Of a stretch of DNA of 64,000 nucleotides, positions 51,598 to 62,545 are shown piece after piece. The notes below the pieces were generated by a model, which was not told where the DNA came from, did not search any database, and saw only the letters and a list, made by a program, of their open reading frames with translations. The stretch is from positions 196,974,001 through 197,038,000 of the forward strand of contig CM097882.1 of the NCBI GenBank assembly GCA_044892505.1, written 5' to 3'. Both the position numbers and the translations under genes were made by a program. Numbering within the stretch: the stretch's first letter is position 1; each line of letters begins with the position of its first letter. Source of the stretch: Schmidtea nova. Taxonomy: Eukaryota.

Positions 51598-52199
51598 GTT
51601 TATAAAAAAATTTGATCTATAGTCATTATGAGAATTATTGATAATAATAATAAAAAAAGATCAAAGGTGAAAAACGATAATTATGATAGTTATTAAATTG
51701 TTAATAATAAAAAATTAATATAAAAATAATATAAAAATGTGGCAATTATAAAATATATTTAAAGAATTAAATTTAAAAAAATGTAAAAAAAATAATCATT
51801 TATTAAATTTTTATAATATAAAAAATACTCACATTTATTCATAGAAAATTTCTTTGGCATACTGTTCTTCTTATTCGTTGGCATATTATTCATATTCATA
51901 TTTTCTATATCTGCAAATAAAAATAAAAATATATTTATAAAAAATAAACATGCTTACTAAAGTTGGCTTGTTGTTAAAATTGTCATTTATTTAAACGAAA
52001 TATTTTTAAAAATAGTAATATAATTCAATTTAATTTAAAATAATTTAAATGTCGATTATTTAAAAATAATTAATTTTCGTTTAATCATTATTTAATTAAA
52101 TATTTTTCAATATGTAATTAAAAATATTTTCAACTATAATTTAACAAAAATAATTCAAACATAAATGGAAAAAGTCGAAATCTTTTTATAATAAAAATT

Positions 52200-52577
52200 T
52201 TACTTCATATATTTTAGCCATGCTAAACAATGTTGTCCACAGGTTTTGTCATAGGATTTTGATACCGAATTCTGTTATATTCTATTGGCTTTAACAATGA
52301 CGATAATTTTTTCAACAATATCGGCGGATAATAGAATCCCATTGGATCAAACACGTATATTTTATCGGGTTTATTATAAATTGCAAGCCAATGTTCACCT
52401 TTGAGATTTGATGATTGAGTATTGACAATCAAAGCCTTATTCACATGTATATACGGTATTTTATCTAGAGGGAAAACTCCTAGAAATTCCGATCCAATCA
52501 ATTTTCTAGCAATTTGATCTATCTGAATTGAACTAAAATCAATAAAATTTAATTTTTAAAAATAAATCTTACTTCAT
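52200..52577 (-). pseudogene. Adenain-like cysteine protease, 40-nt intron (52533-52572), frameshift just before the catalytic QxxxTCG motif
   Basis: Spliced MNSIQIDQ..FLGVFPLDK, GEHWLAIY, FDPMG, YQNPMT; CGQHC lies in a shifted frame. Confidence 0.85.
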
Positions 52578-52608
52578 TTAATTTTTAATTAATTATAATT
52601 AGTTTATA

Positions 52609-53829
52609 TTAAACGAGTATTGTTCGATTAGATGTAATTTGTAATTCCTTTTCAAAAACTCCATATACAATTACAGAAACCGATTCAGTCAATGGTGTGC
52701 CAAATTTAATATCAAGTCTTAGATTACCTTGTTGAGGTAATTGACTTTGATTTAGATCAAAATCTGGAGCCAAAACAAAAGTGAAAAAAAGGATATTTGG
52801 TTTTCCAATCTGATAAAGAAATACCGCAATTCATACTCTTATTCAGGTAACTAAGGTTACGGATAATAGATTGCATATAACTAGTATTGCAATTATCATT
52901 TTCAAAATCTTGAGAATATTTTTCACGATAATCACTTCCTTTCGATAAAGTTAAAGATTTGACATTAAAATGATCGTAAATAGAATAAGTTTCAGTAAAT
53001 GAACCACTATGTCTCTTATTTCCTTGAAATGCTACAAGAATAAAGTTTGGTAATCGTCTATCTCCAAAGATTTGTTCCTTATAAAACGAAGAAGAACCCA
53101 TTGGCAATAAAAATTCTACAACTTCCTTCTTTTTTATTGGATAAATTGCAATTCTTGTACCAAGTCCAATTTGATGCCCTGCCAAAACTGATGGTTCAAC
53201 TCGAACTCTTCTAACCATTAATTTTCCCTCTAATAATTCAATTATAGGTTCAATTTCTGTACATGTTAAACTATCGGATGGATTTGATCTCGTCAATTTA
53301 ATTTGAACACTAACACCTGGTAAAAAATATTTGGGTTGTTCCATGAAATCGAAATGTAATGGAGAACAAATTGAAAATGGTTTTGATTTTGCAATCCATG
53401 CTTTTCTAGTAAGATCATGGTCATTGTATCCCATTGGAGTTAAAGATGTGTGTTTTGTATCACTATTGTAGTTGAGAATAGTTTCAATCATGGCTTTGTG
53501 TGTAAATGTATCATTTCCCCCTTCTACTTTAGTAGAATTGAAAATTAATTCGGCTTCTTTAAAAAGAGTTTAAAAAAAGAAATTGTTGGGAGTAACATCT
53601 GCATCCAATCCTAAATTTTCACCTGATTTGTTTACAACCTTAACCTGAAGAGATAGTAAAGTATCGTTCAAATCTAAATATTCAGTTTGAGATCCGTTGA
53701 TGTAAAATTGAATAGATGATGTCCCAGCATCTGTAATTGAATTTGTAATGTAAATATCTTCAAATGCACCATGTTCAATTACTGCTTGTGGAGACGGTCT
53801 ATCAAATATTCAGATTTTGCACTAATCAT
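52609..53829 (-). pseudogene. Double-jelly-roll major capsid protein (Polinton PY/hexon-like), with frameshifts and one stop
   Basis: SKSE..FD..QAVIE, YLDLNDTLLSLQVKV, PLHFDFMEQPKYFLPGV, RLPNFILVAF, QGNLRLDIKF are typical of Polinton MCPs. Confidence 0.85.
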
Positions 53830-54233
53830 TTTTCGAATATTGTTCCATATTCTTTCATTCTTTTGTTTATATGTTTCTTTATATTTCTTTTACGTTTAAG
53901 AATTCCGCCATTTTGTTTATTTTCAGTTTTATTTTCGTTAACCACATCAGTCACTTTATTAATTACTTGTGGTAAATGATGAATCACATCAGGTAATGAA
54001 TCTTTAATTTCAGAAATGGCATTGGATTTTAGTGCAGGTAAAATCTTTGAATTATTATTTAACACATCATTGGCAGTTTCATACCAAAAATTTCCAATAC
54101 GTCTAAGAATTGGTAATGCAAATCTACCTATTGTTTTCAACCAACCAGTTCCATATTGCTTACCTACAAAATACGGTAATTCTCCACCTGATTGACGGTT
54201 GCTATAGAAACGGATAATATCTGTATTATTCAT
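53826..54233 (-). CDS. Polinton virion core/membrane-active protein with QxGG/QxGxG motifs and an amphipathic helix
   Basis: RQSGGELPYFVGKQYGTGWLKTIGRFALPILRRIG; basic C-terminus; stop overlaps the MCP ATG. Confidence 0.65.
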   Translation of the reverse strand: MNNTDIIRFYSNRQSGGELPYFVGKQYGTGWLKTIGRFALPILRRIGNFWYETANDVLNNNSKILPALKSNAISEIKDSLPDVIHHLPQVINKVTDVVNENKTENKQNGGILKRKRNIKKHINKRMKEYGTIFEK

Positions 54234-55236
54234 TTATTTTACGGAAATGTAATGTCAAGTAAGTCTTGTCTTCTTTTGCAAATTTAACTATTTTTCCACT
54301 GTCATCACGAATATTGATTTCAATATTGTTTATATATGTGGAACTGACCGGTAAATACATTGAATTTTTCGTAACAATTTGAACCAAATCACCCTTTTTA
54401 TGTTTTTCAATCCAAACACATTTCAATAGGGGAACTGACATGTCACCAACAAGAATTGGTTGAATAATATTCGTATAGATGAACATTTGTTGATGAAGTT
54501 TTAAAACTTGTGGATAATATACACCATCAATTATTTTGTCAAAGAATTCTTGTTCAATTAATCCTAACTAATTTACTAAATTCATACTAAATTTTATACT
54601 AGTTATATCATCTTCAAGAATTAATTTTCCTTCTTTAATATCAACCACTTTAAATGGATGTCGATAAAAAGTTTCAATTTGATCCGATAATTCAGTAAGA
54701 TTACTTATTATTAAATCATCTTTGAAATTATCTGTGTATTCAACAAGATAAGTATAAGTTATAGTAAATCGTATAGTATCATCAAGTTTTTTATTTTCAT
54801 TTGCAGGAATTTCAATTTTGTGTAATTCATCATTAAATGACACAGCTTTTTCTTGAAACCCTAATTTTTTAGCTTCTTCAACACTTTCAAATATTATTTG
54901 AAATGGAAAATATTTACAATTTACATTTAAAATATTGCCATCAATATACATCATATAATAATTAGAATCGTGACTTATTTCATATTTATTCTTTTGCTGG
55001 TTAAAATTGAAATATTCATAACTAGAATGTAATTCACTTCTAGTAAATTTTATACTTGAATTATTATAAAACGGAAATTCATTGTATACAAAAGTAAAAT
55101 CCATAAGAGCAACTTCCCAACTACTATCCAAATAAATTGGGTTTTGATATTCAACATTGAATTTTCCAGCTTTATTATTGGGATGTGTCAATGGGCAAGA
55201 ATTACTAGGTAAATTAACATAAAAATCTTTTTTAAT
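54226..55236 (-). pseudogene. Minor capsid protein (penton) paralog 1; in-frame stop at 54568-54570, start codon reads ATT
   Basis: FYVNLPSNSC..PNN..F.VE..NPIYL..WEVAL N-terminus and MFIYTNIIQP.LVGD..VPLL..YLTLHFR C-terminus. Confidence 0.8.
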
Positions 55237-56806
55237 CTTTTATTTTACGAAAATGTAGAGTCAAATGAGTCTTTGTATCTTTTGAAAATTTAATTAATTT
55301 TCCACTGTCATCACGAACAGCGCTGTGCTGTAACTTTTGGGGGCCCTGTGCAGAAACTAAAAAAATATTTTTTTTAAATTTGAATTAATATTTTATTGAT
55401 TTAAAAAAAAATAATACAAAGCATTTATAAAGTAATTTTTCTAGCTTTTTTGCTGGCAAATTCATTATTTATATCATTGTAATCAATTGCTCTGGCTGTT
55501 GCATTTCCAATCGGCAGTATTGCAAATCCAGGAAGTCTTTCCTGTGACATTGTAGACCGTAGATAATTTTCAATTAATTTTATTTTTGAAAACGATCGTT
55601 CACAATGAGCAAAGGTAAAATGGGTACTGTTAAAATTATTCGATATGTGATACATACATTTGGATCTAATTCTTCCAAACTTCTTTCTAAAATGTATTCC
55701 AAATTCTCCATAATAGTATAATTATCTTCTAAAATATATTTTTTCTAATGGAGAAGTTTTTCCAATGTATTTTATATTTGGGGGCCCTTCAAAAATAGGA
55801 AGCCCAGTGCCATTACACTTGTTGCACTTGCGATAGTACGGCGCTGATCACGAATATTGATTTCAATGTTGTTTATAGTTGATGTTGAAATCGGCAAATA
55901 CATTGGATTCTTTATTTCAATTTGTACAACTTCACCTTGGTCATATTTCTTGATCCAAATTGATTTTAGGAGGAGAACTTGTACATCTCCAACAGTTACT
56001 GGTTCGATAATGTTGATGTAAATGAACATTTGCTGATGAATTTGTAAAATTTTGGGAACTTTTACACCGATTATTTCTGTATCAGTATATGTTTGTTTCT
56101 GTAGACCCAGAGATTTGGTTAAATTTGAATCAAAAGTAATTTTTGAAATATTATCACGAAGAATAATTTTAACCAATTCATTATTGTCAAGTTTCATTTC
56201 TTTAAATGAAGATGGATTAATTTTCATTAAATATCCTTGCAATTCCGGTAATGACGTTATGAATAATTCTTCTTGAAAATAATAATCATTAACAGTTTTA
56301 ATGTCATAATTTAATAAAATTCCAAATTGTTCAACACTATTATCATTCGTGAATTTTGGTGATTTTAAGCGATAATGATCATTTTCACTTGTAATTGTGG
56401 TATTTTTCAATCCAAAACTTTTTGCATGTTCAAGATCTGGAAATGTAATTTTATATGGAACATGTGGACAAACAATCACTAAATAATTATATTTTTCAAT
56501 AAATACATCAGTGTCTGAACTAGGTTGAGAAACTATAACTTGAAATGTTTTATTTTGATTATTAATTCTTAAATAACTAATTTCTTGAATTTCTCTTTTA
56601 GTTTCAATTTGAATAAAAGAATTACTATAATACGGGAACAAATTATACACAAAAGTAAAATCAATCAAAGCAACTTCCCAATCGTCATTACTATTTAAAT
56701 AAATCGGATTTTGAAATTCTACATTAAAATTACTAGCTTCATTATTAGGATAAATAAGAGGACATGCATTGCTAGGCAAAATCATATAAAACTGGTTTTC
56801 TTTCAT
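55234..56806 (-). pseudogene. Minor capsid protein (penton) paralog 2, interrupted near its C-terminus by a hAT element
   Basis: FYMILPSNAC..WEVAL and MFIYINIIEPVTVGDVQV..IEINIRD; the sequence resumes DSGKL beyond the insertion. Confidence 0.82.
55318..55846 (-). mobile_element. Non-autonomous hAT element (529 bp) retaining the transposase C-terminal dimerisation domain
   Basis: Perfect 8-bp TSD ATCACGAA; TIR cagcgctgtgct / agtacggcgctg; CERSFSKIKLIENYLRSTMSQERL. Confidence 0.9.
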
Positions 56807-56819
56807 AATATTTATTTAA

Positions 56820-57900
56820 TCAATTGTTTTTCAGATATCCAACTTGGAGTTTCATAGCCATGCCATTTAACGTAATATTGTTTATATTTCCCATCAGTTT
56901 TGGTTTTTAAAATCTTTTAAATTCAAAATACTGTGGGAGCTGGAATAACTTGAAGTTATTGTTCGTAGAATTTACCCTCGATTACATTGTTTTCATGATC
57001 GGAAATAGTATACATGATAGGATTTTGATTAGTATCAACATTTGAGATTTGATATACTTCATCACTCTAATTACAATCAAAATTTTTGATGAAGGGAGAA
57101 GCACTGATTTTACTCATTCTCACATAATCACCTACTTTATATTTGGGTTTTTTATTAATTGATTTTAATCTATCTTCTATTCACCCATAAAAATTATTAT
57201 TTGAATATACATCGATAGGTTTCATTCTATTTAATCCCGAATGCGGTGAACGATTGTAACTGGAAATAATTTTCGGTAAAACATTTATCCATGTTTTGTT
57301 ACCTTGATACACAAAATACTTTTTCAAACGATCTCTTAAAGTACGATTAAATCTTTCAACATGAGCAACTTTGAATTGAGACAATACAGAATAATGATTG
57401 ATTTCTTTGATCACTTCTTTTACTTTGCTGTTATAAAACTCTTTTCCTAAATTAAAATTAATTAATTAAAAAATTTAATTTAATTTCTTACCCAAATTAG
57501 TTTGTAAATTACGTGGCTTCCCATCTTTAAATAAAGTTTAAATAACATCAGCCATTTCATTAGCAGATTTAGTTTTTGTTGGAATAGCTCGTGCATAACG
57601 GCTAAAAACATCAATACAAGTCAAACTATATTTGTAACCCTTGTTAATTTTAGAATAAGGGATCATTTCCATCAAATCCATTTGCCATAAATCATTACCC
57701 CCAAAAGTTTTATATTTCCGTGTAGGAAATCTTTTCAGCATTGGTTTATTTAAACTATATGCCAATTGATCAGATAACCATTTCTGAGTTTCATTCTTTG
57801 ATCTTTTTATTCTTTTTGCCAATTTTTTGACTGAACCAAAACCATTGGGATCTTTTGGGTTTGTCCATATCGTTTTTATATTCTTCATGATTTTCTTCAT
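56820..57900 (-). pseudogene. Polinton retroviral-type (rve) integrase with C-terminal chromodomain-like segment; 45-nt intron 57447-57491; several stops
   Basis: LWQMDL, CIDVFSRY, spliced LQTNLG|KEFYN, VERFNRTLR, YYVKWHGY..SWI. Confidence 0.88.
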
Positions 57901-57962
57901 TAATACAACAATTTGTTAAAATATTTAAATCTATATTATGTTTATTCGGTTGAGAAATTTTA

Positions 57963-58291
57963 TTACTTATTTCTTAAAGAAGAAATTGCGCTTATTGCTG
58001 ATAATACTATTGGAATTAATGTACCGAGAAATCCACCCTTTTGTTTATATATTATTTTTTGCATAAGATTTCTATTTTTGGTATTCACTAACGATAAAAG
58101 CGAATTTTATGTTTTTGCAGTTCAATTTTCTTTGATCTACTAATATTTACATTACCATGAACAATATTAAAAATGATTTCAAGTAAATCATCAATAACAA
58201 AGGGTGGGAAAGCTTGTAAAATCATCATTCGCTTATTAGTTGGAGCTTTAACCAAAGCATTAAAATACGGTAAACTACGTTCAAATTTCAT
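57963..58291 (-). pseudogene. Polinton core protein with adenovirus pX/mu-like C-terminus (one frameshift)
   Basis: Shifted frame gives KQKGGFLGTLIPIVLSAISAISSL, resembling adenoviral pX GG-(I/F)LPxLIPxIAAAI. Confidence 0.6.
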
Positions 58292-58312
58292 GATTAAGAT
58301 TTTTGTATATAT

Positions 58313-58513
58313 TTATTTCGCTTTACTTGTTTCTTTACTTGTTTCTTTTACTTGTTTCTTTCTTTTATCAACCTTTTTGACAACTTTTTTAACTAATTTA
58401 GGTTTTTGATCAACTTTTTAAATTAGTTTTTGATCAAATTTTTTAATTAGTTTTTGATCAGCTTTTTGAACAGCTTCTTTATTTAACTTGACAATTACTT
58501 TTTTAAAGGACAT
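58313..58513 (-). pseudogene. Lys-rich repetitive basic protein (putative DNA-condensing), one internal stop
   Basis: MSFKKVIVKLNKEAVQKADQKLIKKFDQKLI*KVDQKPKLVKKVVKKVDKRKKQVKETSKETSKAK. Confidence 0.45.
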
Positions 58514-58534
58514 TATTATTTCATTTATTTGTTT

Positions 58535-59155
58535 TCAATTTTGTTTATAAACCGTGACTCCTTTTTCGTTAAATATATCCGTTCGGATACGTAAATCATC
58601 AGGACATTGTTGAGTAAAATCAAAGAATAAATATCCATGAGGAACTTTAGTAGAATCTTGAAATGAATTAATTAAGAATTTCCTATCATTAGGGCAAGCT
58701 TGTCTTGCTAGAAAATCAATAATTGTAGCATCTCTTGGGTGTTTGAATATAACCAAGTATTGAACATTTAAATTACGGGTTCTGTGACCGCCTTGATAAA
58801 ATAAATTTTGAGTAATGAAAATTACAGTAACTCCTAAATGTCTACTAATTTTTGTGAATACATTATTAAAATCTTTTTCTTTATTTGCTTCTTGATACAA
58901 ATCATCGATAATTATAACATCGCCTTGACGTAATCTAGATGACCAGTTTTTATCAAACCCTTTTATAATTGTCATTTTTAATTTTCAGAATTGATCTTGA
59001 GTCAGTCCATGTTCTTCATCAGCTCCTCTATGCCAGTAAATTTTATTGAATTTAGATTTAAACATTTTTGATTGCAACAATTTACATACAAATAAAGTTT
59101 TTCCACTACCACTCGGTCCCACTATTTGATAAACTTTATCATTTCTTAATTCCAT
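58535..59155 (-). pseudogene. A32/FtsK-like packaging ATPase; stop and frameshift at ~58980-58997
   Basis: Walker A VGPSGSGKT (upstream piece), Walker B IIIDD, SRH...ITQNLF, PHGYLFFD. Confidence 0.88.
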
Positions 59156-59211
59156 TTTTATTTAATTAATTAGTTATTTTAATATAGTTTATATTTATTC
59201 AATTTATACAA

Positions 59212-59691
59212 ATGATAAGTAATATTAATTATAAGGGCAAGTGTTTAGTTCCAAACATGATATTTCCTGTTGGAAAACCACAGCAAGTTATAGATAGTAC
59301 CGGGAAGTACCCTATTTTATTTTTCAGATCGGGAAAATGTCGTGTAATGGGTTGTAAGCAACCGTTAAAACCAGATGATTTGAAATATAAAATTTCGGAT
59401 TTAAAAATTCAATCGATCACTATAACATTGGATATGGGTAAAACCATAAATTTATACGACTTGCAAAATAAAACAGAGGGCTGGTACGAACCTGAAATAT
59501 TCCCAGCTTTGAGATTAATAAATTATAACCCAATTTGTATTAATATTTTTTCAAGTAGAAAAGTTGTAATATTAGGAATTAAAACATTGGATTATTTTAA
59601 TCAAGTAAATGAAATTAAAAATTATATTAATTCATTAATCTATAATGAATTAAATGATGAAGAATTTCTCGATTTATTATTAAATATTTAA
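59212..59691 (+). CDS. Divergent TATA-binding protein (TBP)-fold protein, intact ORF inside Polinton-2
   Basis: Two TBP-repeat ends: ILFFRSGKCRVMGCK and KIQSITITLD..INLYDL..WYEPEIFPAL..CINIFSSRKVVILGIK (compare TBP YEPELFPGL..LIFVSGKVVLTGAK). Confidence 0.8.
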   Translation: MISNINYKGKCLVPNMIFPVGKPQQVIDSTGKYPILFFRSGKCRVMGCKQPLKPDDLKYKISDLKIQSITITLDMGKTINLYDLQNKTEGWYEPEIFPALRLINYNPICINIFSSRKVVILGIKTLDYFNQVNEIKNYINSLIYNELNDEEFLDLLLNI

Positions 59692-59736
59692 TTTTATTTA
59701 AATAAATTGTTATTTAACAAATCTATATTTTTGAAA

Positions 59737-60126
59737 ATGTCTAAAAGTAAGTATTATTTTTTAATTATCTATATTATTATTATTTTTTATTTAGCTTTTT
59801 TATTTGAAGTGATCCTGAAGAAAATTCAAGAATTATATCCAAAAATAAAAAATTCTTTGGATTACTGTGCACCCGAGTTATTTATTCATAAAATATACAA
59901 ACTTACTGGGATCAATATCGAACAATTGCTTGAGCTTCATTATGATATGGTTCTCGGATCAAATGCTAAATGCGTTGAAAATTGTATAGTTTGTGAAGAT
60001 TCGATGAGAGTATCCTGTGTAAACGGATGTGCATGCTGTCACGATTTTAAAAGAGATCATTCGGTGCATATCTTAATGACCGAAATGCGTAAAGCATATT
60101 ATAACGACATTTATAATTTAGAATGA
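59737..60126 (+). CDS. Polinton-2 Cys/His-rich hypothetical protein with a predicted 48-nt intron (59747-59794)
   Basis: ATG TCT AAA A|gtaagt...atttag|CT gives MSKTFLFEVILKK; CVENCIVC..SCVNGCACCHD..H cluster. Confidence 0.55.
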   Translation: MSKSKYYFLIIYIIIIFYLAFLFEVILKKIQELYPKIKNSLDYCAPELFIHKIYKLTGINIEQLLELHYDMVLGSNAKCVENCIVCEDSMRVSCVNGCACCHDFKRDHSVHILMTEMRKAYYNDIYNLE

Positions 60127-60649
60127 AGTTTTATGATTTACTTGCTCTTTATTTTTATTTTCAAAGTTTTNNNNNNNNNNNNNNNNNNNNNNNNNNNNNN
60201 NNNNNNNNNNNNNNNNNNNNNNNNNNNNNNNNNNNNNNNNNNNNNNNNNNNNNNNNNNNNNNNNNNNNNNNNNNNNNNNNNNNNNNNNNNNNNNNNNNNN
60301 NNNNNNNNNNNNNNNNNNNNNNNNNNNNNNNNNNNNNNNNNNNNNNNNNNNNNNNNNNNNNNNNNNNNNNNNNNNNNNNNNNNNNNNNNNNNATAAAAGT
60401 TTTTAAAATTAACTTCCTTTAAAAAATNNNNNNNNNNNNNNNNNNNNNNNNNNNNNNNNNNNNNNNNNNNNNNNNNNNNNNNNNNNNNNNNNNNNNNNNN
60501 NNNNNNNNNNNNNNNNNNNNNNNNNNNNNNNNNNNNNNNNNNNNNNNNNNNNNNNNNNNNNNNNNNNNNNNNNNNNNNNNNNNNNNNNNNNNNNNNNNNN
60601 NNNNNNNNNNNNNNNNNNNNNNNNNNNNNNNNNNNNNNNNNNNNNNNNA

Positions 60650-60895
60650 AGACTTCATTTTAACAAAATAAAATAAATAGACTTCATTTAAACAAAATAA
60701 TAAAAAACCACTTCATTTAAACAAAATGGAAAATTAAAAAATTCACTTCATTTAAACAAAATAAAAAATTAAAATTAATTCCTTCATTTAAACAAAAATT
60801 TTATTAAAAATTAAAAACAAGAACAGGGGGGGGGTAAAAAAATGTTTAGGGAGGGGGTCTGTTCCTGTTCTTGGGCGCTCCCCCTACTCTACTCT
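60650..60895. repeat. Polinton-2 right terminal region: cttcatttaaacaaaa repeats, G-tracts, terminal ctactctactct
   Basis: Direct reading; AG/AGT-type termini are typical of Polintons. Confidence 0.6.
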
Positions 60896-61558
60896 TAAAA
60901 TATCAGCCAAGTTTGGATCAAAAGTAGTGTCAATGTTTGTTCAGTTATTTGTTAGTTTTAAAAATTTTGAAGTGGAAAAATCAACCTTGAACTGTGTTTG
61001 GTGTGCTTTATAATTGAATTGTTAAAACAAATTTCTTTTAATGTTTAAGAAGCAATTATGAGAATGGAAATATTTTTCTCATATGTCTTCAGTTTATTTA
61101 GAAGATATTTCCGGGTTTACTAAAAGTATATCCTTTTTTGCAATTTAGTACATGTAAAAATTTATTAAATCTAAAGTGTTCGATTTCAAATGTAAACCAA
61201 TTTGGTTTGTTGAAACAATAACTTTTAAATACTGATAAAACTTATTTAAAAAAAAAGAAAGTTTGTTTTGAATAAATAATATTTTGTCTTAAGATCTTAG
61301 TAATAAATATATAATGATACTTTTTCTGAAATTTTTCAAAAAGTTGATAGACAAAAATATTAAATAATAATAATTAAAAATTTTGTTTTAATGTTTAACA
61401 TTTTTTGTTGTGTTTATATTTCCTTTAGAATTCATTTATTATAATTTGTATGAGAAATTAAATGGAATATTTACTTGCAAATATATAAATTAATATATAC
61501 GTGCTATTAAAGTCAGTTGAACATATTAATTTTAAAATATTTTATGTCGTGTTTTTTT

Positions 61559-61934
61559 ATGATTGTTTTATATTCTATCACAATTTTCTTGATCAGAAAT
61601 ATTTTTGGAGAGCAACCATTATCCGGTTGTAATTTCCTAAAACCCTTTAAAATTACGAACAACAATTGTACTAGTTATCATGAAGTTTGTTTTAAAAAAG
61701 GTATTTTTTGATTTGGAATTTATAATAACTCTTTATTATTATTTAAATAAATAAACAACTAAAATTATCCCAATTATACTATAATTTTAGTAAAATATTT
61801 GGTTTTATATTTTCTTCAGATGATGACAATTGCAACCGAGTTAATGCAGCATGCAGTCGTAAAATAACGATTTAATAATTAACTGAAAATTAATTGTCTT
61901 TTAGAATGTCCTCCATCAAACATTACAATTATGA
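61559..61934 (+). CDS. 5' exons of a probable secreted Cys-rich host protein (61559-61700, 61820-61858, 61905-61934, continuation not found)
   Basis: Signal-peptide-like MIVLYSITIFLIRNIFG; phase-1 symmetric micro-exons join in frame: ...CFKKDDDNCNRVNAACSQCPPSNITIM. Confidence 0.4.
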
Positions 61935-62545
61935 GTAAGAATCATACAAAAAGTGATTATTAAATGATAATTTTTAGTCTTATATGAAATTGTTCAATCT
62001 TTAAAAGGTAAAATTTAATTTTTATTGATTTCACAATCTGCCTAATTCATGACTAATTTCGTTTGTTATGAGTAATCAGGCAATTTGGTATTATATTGAT
62101 TTTTCCACGAATAACCAATCATAATTCATTTAATTGCCTGTTAACGCACAAAAAACATTAAATTTAATTTTCCAAAAATATTTTTTTTTAAATTAAAAAA
62201 AGTACATTATTATTAAAATTAGTTATTAATTATTCCTAATCTTCATGACACCAAATCGGGATACATTTTTCCTTGTCAATATTTTTGATGTTGCATTGGT
62301 TGCTACGTAATTTTTAAATATTCAATTCAATTCAACAGATCAGCAATAATTTTCTAAAATCACTATCATAATTTTAAAATTCCAACTTTAGCACACTGTT
62401 TAATTTTTGGAGTTACTACCCCACCATTTGTTAACGCACGTTAGCAATGATTCTTTGAATTTTTTAAACTAAATTCAGGTTTTAAAATTCACACATGATA
62501 AAGGATGTGGCAAAATATTGTGTACTTAATAAAAAAAAGTTATAA

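Larger units (their letters stand above)
50600..51690 (+). mobile_element. 5'-truncated Penelope-like element (RT thumb + GIY-YIG endonuclease + 3' pLTR)
   Basis: KIPFLD..ELYSK..WKSHVP..RAIRNCS..FLQNGY (one stop), then NIVYKLSCQKCDATYIGETHRTFRTRLNEH. Confidence 0.88.
43664..60895 (-). mobile_element. Polinton/Maverick-2 (adintovirus-like), near full gene set, left end in gap, right terminus ...ctactctactct at 60895
   Basis: pPolB, adenain, MCP, two pentons, rve integrase, A32/FtsK-like ATPase, core-like genes. AG...CT terminus with subterminal ttcatttaaacaaaa repeats. Confidence 0.9.
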
